56,287 bases of DNA, taken from assembly GCA_026986535.1 (NCBI GenBank), contig JALSOK010000030.1, positions 1 through 56,287 on the forward strand. Direction: 5' to 3'. Shown piece after piece: positions 52,815 through 56,287 of this stretch. The DNA comes from a candidate division WOR-3 bacterium (GTDB taxonomy: Bacteria > Hydrothermota > Hydrothermia > LBFQ01 > DSFT01). Numbering within the stretch: position 1 is the stretch's first letter; every line of letters starts with the position of its first letter. The translations under genes were made by a program, and so were the position numbers. Under the pieces are notes generated by a model, which worked only from the letters and a program-made list of their open reading frames with translations, made no database searches and had not been told where the DNA came from.

Positions 52815-54426
52815 GGCCATGAAGATTCACGAGAAAGTGGAGGAGGTTCTGCGCCTTCGGGGGATGGACGATGATGACATCGAGATGTTTCTCAATCCCT
52901 CTGTGGAGCAGATAAGGGACCCGGGGGGGCTGAGGGATATAGACAGGGCTGTGGACCTCATAATCCACCACATGAGGAGGGGAAGCACCATCATGGTCCA
53001 CGGGGATTACGATGCCGATGGAATAACTGCCCTTTCCCTCCTGTACCGGGTCCTTTCCCGTGTTTACAGTCCGGATAAGCTGGTTCCCTACATACCGGAC
53101 AGATTTGTGGAGGGATATGGCCTGTCCATGCGGGCTGTTCGAAAGGCTGTGGAGGATGGGATTTCCCTCATCATAACCGCCGACTGTGGAATTACATCCG
53201 TGGAGGAGGTGGAGGAAGCCCGCAGGCACTCGGTAGATGTGATTATTACGGACCACCACGAGCCCCCGGAAACCCTGCCCCGGGCCAGTGCGATAGTTCA
53301 CCCCATGCTGAGCGGGGATTACCCGTTCAGGCACCTGACGGGGGTGGGGGTGGCTTTCAAGCTCATGCAGGCCCTGTACAATCGTCTGGGCAAGCCGTTT
53401 CGCCATTTGCTGTGGGACCTGGATCTGGTGGCCATAGGTACTGTGGCGGATATGGGGGAGCTGGTCGATGAGAACAGGGTTATGGTGAGCCTTGGACTGA
53501 GGGTTCTGCGGGAGACGAAGAAGGCCGGCCTCAAGGCCCTCAAGTTCGTCGTGGGGGTTGATGGATATGTGAGCACCTGGCACATCGCTTTTCTTCTGGC
53601 CCCCAGGCTCAACTCTGCGGGGCGCATCTCGGACCCCATGCACTCCTTCAATCTTCTGACGGAAAGGGATGGGAACAGGGCCCTCCTCCTGAGCCACAGG
53701 CTCAATCGCCTCAATCAGGAGAGGCAGAAGTACGAGAAGAGGATTCTGGACAGGGCGATGGCCCAGGCCATGCGGAAGGCGGGAAGGGATGTTCTGGTTC
53801 TGTGGGACTGGGGATGGCATGAGGGGATAATAGGGATAGTGGCTTCCAGAATCGTCAGCAGGTGGAACAGACCGGCCATAATCATCTCGGTCCAGGGGGA
53901 GACCTCCCGTGGAAGTGCCAGGAGTACGGAGGGTTTTCATATGCAGAGGGCCCTTTCCGAGCTTTCCTATATGTTCGAGAACTTCGGTGGGCACGAGATG
54001 GCGGCTGGTTTCACCATAAAAACCGAGTATCTCGAGGAGTTCGAGGAGAAGATAAACCGGATAGCAAGGGAGCATTTCGCCGGTTATGAGCCCTCCACTC
54101 CCGATGCCGAGGCGGTCCTTCGCCCCCATGACCTGAATGACCTGTTCGTGCGGGATATGAGGAGAATGGCCCCATTCGGTAATGGAAATCCCTCCCCCCT
54201 CTTCCTGATGAATTCCCTGAAGGTGGTGGGAAAGGAGCTCAGGGGCAGAACCCTGTACATAACACTTTCCACCGGAAGGGATGAGCTTTACGGCCGCATA
54301 TACGACCCCTCCGACAGGTGGATGGGTCTGAAGGAGGGGGATGTGATCGATTTGCTCATGAAGTTCCGGGAGGTGGTGAGGCTCGGCGGCCAGTTCCTCA
54401 TAGAACCCGTGGATTTTTCCAGGTGA
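52804..54426 (+). CDS. recJ: Single-stranded-DNA-specific exonuclease RecJ
   Basis: Motifs VHGDYDADGITA, ITADCG, ITDHH and GGHEMAAG (DHHA1). Confidence 0.9.
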   Translation: MINRAMKIHEKVEEVLRLRGMDDDDIEMFLNPSVEQIRDPGGLRDIDRAVDLIIHHMRRGSTIMVHGDYDADGITALSLLYRVLSRVYSPDKLVPYIPDRFVEGYGLSMRAVRKAVEDGISLIITADCGITSVEEVEEARRHSVDVIITDHHEPPETLPRASAIVHPMLSGDYPFRHLTGVGVAFKLMQALYNRLGKPFRHLLWDLDLVAIGTVADMGELVDENRVMVSLGLRVLRETKKAGLKALKFVVGVDGYVSTWHIAFLLAPRLNSAGRISDPMHSFNLLTERDGNRALLLSHRLNRLNQERQKYEKRILDRAMAQAMRKAGRDVLVLWDWGWHEGIIGIVASRIVSRWNRPAIIISVQGETSRGSARSTEGFHMQRALSELSYMFENFGGHEMAAGFTIKTEYLEEFEEKINRIAREHFAGYEPSTPDAEAVLRPHDLNDLFVRDMRRMAPFGNGNPSPLFLMNSLKVVGKELRGRTLYITLSTGRDELYGRIYDPSDRWMGLKEGDVIDLLMKFREVVRLGGQFLIEPVDFSR

Positions 54427-54446
54427 GTACAGTTCCCGGTGCGGTA

Positions 54447-54452
54447 TAAAAT
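54447..54452 (+). promoter_or_regulatory. -10 box TAAAAT (TATAAAAT), 6 nt upstream of the PLD-HerA ATG
   Basis: Reads GGTATAAAAT-TGGCTC-ATG, 20 nt after the recJ stop. Confidence 0.45.
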
Positions 54453-54458
54453 TGGCTC

Positions 54459-56287
54459 ATGCGGATACTCGGCAGCGATGAAATTGGCGAAAAGGTAATC
54501 GAAATGGTGAAAGGCGCCAGCGATTGCGTCTGCATGGCTTCCGCATGGATCACAGGGGGTGCTGTGGAGAGAATCGTGAGGGCCATTCCCGATGGGGTCA
54601 GGGTTCAGGTGGTGATACGGGCCTCCGAGTTTGCTGACCTGAGGATAACCGATGATAGGGTTTTTGCCCTCCTGCGAGGGAAGGGGGCGGGGATATTTCT
54701 GAACGACAGGCTCCATGCCAAATTCGTAGTGGTGGATGGCAGGGAAGCGGTGGTGGGGTCTGCCAATATCACCGCGAGCGGATATTCCCCTTTCGAGAGG
54801 GGAAATATCGAGGCGGCCGTTTACTACAGCCGGCACGATGACGAGGAGCAGATCCGGGAGCTTCTGGATTACTTCGGGAGGATTCTGGAGGCTTCGTATC
54901 CCCTGAACGACAGCCTGGTGGGATATGTGATAAATCCATCGGGGACCAGAAGTCTGCGGGCCATATTGCTGGACCGCCGCGTGCAGGAGTACTCCTTCGT
55001 GGAGATAGGGGATGGGGTACTGGGGAGAATCGACAGCATCAGGTCTTACAGCGCGGGATTCTTCAACAATCCCTTCGAGGATGGATACAGCGATGTGTAT
55101 GCTCCCACGGGGGACTTCATGGAGATTTTTTCCCACAATCGGGACATGGACTGGATGAGGGCCGCGGTGTATTCCTATTTGAACGAGAGGGCCAGAAAGG
55201 TGAGAATTGCCACGGTATCTATTCTGGGCCGCATTCGTGGGCAGGAGGATGGTTCCTTCAGGCTGGAGCCATTGAGTGTGCCGGCCGATGTTGGAGAGCC
55301 CGTCTATGTATCCGGGAAGGTGGGTCATTTGCTTTCAAAAGGGGGAGTGGCAATCGGAAGGCTGTACGGTTTCGATACCCCCGTGGAGATAGACCACAGG
55401 CAGATTCTCAGAAAGCACATGCTCGTTCTGGGCAATACCGGTTCCGGCAAGAGCTACTTCACAAAGCTCTTCATCAGCAGGCTGGCGGAGAAGTCGGAGG
55501 ATGTGGGCAGGATCGTGGTGCTCGACCCCCACGGAGAATATGCCCGGGCCTTTGCAGGGGATGATGAGGAGGGAAGGTTCCGTTTGAGCAACATGAAGGT
55601 GCTGCGGCTGAGGGATGTCTTCTTTCTGGATGACGCGAGGGATGTGGTGGATTTTCTCTCGGAATACGGAGCCCTCATGCCCTCTTCCAATTCGGAGGTT
55701 TACAGGAACCTGCAGTCTGCCATCGTGGAATGGCTCAGAAATCCCTCGGGCAGTCTGCGGGATGAGATTCGGAAGGTGGATTTTGGAAAGTATGAGTACA
55801 ACAGAGAGACGATAGAGGAGGCTTTCGATTCCATGGAAGAGGAGTTCGGTCCCGATTTCTTCAGGAGTGTTTGGGATACCAGGAAGCGGATAGAGGAGCA
55901 TCTGAATCTTTCGGGCACTGTGGTATTCGACCTCAGCGGTGTGACGGTCCCGACCATAAGGGTGCATATTGCCGGCTTTGTGATGAGGAGTCTGTTTCTT
56001 AAGGCCCGTAGGGAGGAAGCATACGACGCCCTTATAGTGCTTGAGGAGGCCCACAACTTTGCCCCCGAGAGGGGCTACGGGGAGGTGTCCGCCGGCAGGG
56101 ATAATCCGGCTCTCGTCTGGGCCAGGAAGATTGCCAGCGAGGGGAGGAAGTTCGGGGTGGGTCTGGTCACCATAACCCAGAGGCCCGCACAGGTGAGCAA
56201 GTATGTCCTTGCCCAGATGAATACGCAGATGATGTTCAGGACGGTAAATTCGCAGGATATAGATGCAGTCAGAGAGTTTGTGGAATT
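54459..56287 (+). CDS. PLD-family (single HKD) nuclease domain fused to a HerA/FtsK-type ATPase; 3' end outside the window
   Basis: This ORF is not in the supplied track because it has no stop before the window end. My manual translation from ATG 54459 is open for 609 codons. HKD motif LHAKFVVVDGREAVVGSANIT. HerA motifs VLGNTGSGKSYF, ALIVLEEAHNFAP, GRKFGVGLVTITQRPAQV and AQMNTQMMFR. Confidence 0.85.
   Translation, partial: MRILGSDEIGEKVIEMVKGASDCVCMASAWITGGAVERIVRAIPDGVRVQVVIRASEFADLRITDDRVFALLRGKGAGIFLNDRLHAKFVVVDGREAVVGSANITASGYSPFERGNIEAAVYYSRHDDEEQIRELLDYFGRILEASYPLNDSLVGYVINPSGTRSLRAILLDRRVQEYSFVEIGDGVLGRIDSIRSYSAGFFNNPFEDGYSDVYAPTGDFMEIFSHNRDMDWMRAAVYSYLNERARKVRIATVSILGRIRGQEDGSFRLEPLSVPADVGEPVYVSGKVGHLLSKGGVAIGRLYGFDTPVEIDHRQILRKHMLVLGNTGSGKSYFTKLFISRLAEKSEDVGRIVVLDPHGEYARAFAGDDEEGRFRLSNMKVLRLRDVFFLDDARDVVDFLSEYGALMPSSNSEVYRNLQSAIVEWLRNPSGSLRDEIRKVDFGKYEYNRETIEEAFDSMEEEFGPDFFRSVWDTRKRIEEHLNLSGTVVFDLSGVTVPTIRVHIAGFVMRSLFLKARREEAYDALIVLEEAHNFAPERGYGEVSAGRDNPALVWARKIASEGRKFGVGLVTITQRPAQVSKYVLAQMNTQMMFRTVNSQDIDAVREFVE

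Noticed and set aside
853-54129. Many very long ORFs lie antisense to the genes called above: 853..2262(-), 3297..4739(+), 5554..6720(+), 9746..10723(-), 15535..16740(+), 20270..21529(-), 24522..25979(+), 32358..33800(-), 33869..35185(-), 42244..43599(+), 45630..46637(+), 47672..48601(+) and 52756..54129(-).
   Set aside because: Their translations are low-complexity (rich in H, P, G, R and L) with no family motifs. The opposite strand in each case encodes a protein with unmistakable conserved motifs. The purine-rich (GAR/AAR) codon usage of this genome depletes stop codons on the antisense strand, so long shadow ORFs are expected.
54288-56056. The minus-strand ORFs 54288..55328, 55335..56054 and 55700..56056 are the only long ORFs the track lists for the last 1.8 kb.
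   Set aside because: These are shadow ORFs of the plus-strand PLD-HerA gene. That gene has textbook HKD and Walker A/B motifs and is missing from the track only because it has no stop inside the window.
1-56287. I looked for mobile elements, prophage, integrons, CRISPR arrays and rRNA.
   Set aside because: I found no integrase, transposase, recombinase, terminal inverted repeats, att-like duplication next to the tRNA-Gly, short direct-repeat arrays or rRNA-like conserved blocks while reading both strands.

Overview
This 56.3-kb window is chromosomal sequence from a compact, moderately GC-rich bacterial genome. Coding density is very high and intergenic spacers are short and AT-rich. The proteins are Glu/Arg/Lys-rich, and diderm markers are present: an Omp85-type barrel, a lipobox lipoprotein, and T9SS-type C-terminal sorting domains. 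I infer an uncultivated, possibly thermophile-like, FCB-related lineage, but I cannot prove it from the sequence.

I call about 55 protein genes and one tRNA-Gly(GCC). I saw no rRNA, CRISPR array, transposase, integrase or prophage genes. Most genes are housekeeping:
- Translation and RNA: rpsU, rplS, tsaE, gatB, queC, queD, nrnA.
- Replication, repair and segregation: mutS2, parAB, dnaX-ybaB-recR-cinA, dnaN, recJ.
- Proteolysis, division and GTPase: clpPX, hflX, ftsE.
- Metabolism: lipB, a Leu dehydrogenase, accA, HMG-CoA lyase, a FadN-type enzyme, ribBX, ribH, gcvPA.

The observations I rate most worth a second look:
1. An ORF absent from the supplied track (54459 to the window end) encodes a single-HKD PLD nuclease fused to a HerA-type ATPase.
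2. A TAnAAT-type -10 box sits 6-8 nt upstream of at least 14 start codons, which implies widespread leaderless mRNAs.
3. Three paralogous small coiled-coil proteins carry a C-terminal (tail-anchor) transmembrane helix.
4. A 107-aa ORF aligns convincingly to the N-terminal domain of metazoan TIMPs.
5. A T9SS-cargo gene with tandem modules is broken by several frameshifts at homopolymer runs.
6. There are unusual fusions and variants: TPR-CHAT, MA-peptidase/TolB-propeller/Omp85 barrel, N-terminal-GNAT ADP-forming acyl-CoA synthetase, Smr-less MutS2 translationally coupled to rpsU, and RibBX.

All calls come from reading the translations and the DNA by eye. No database search was run.
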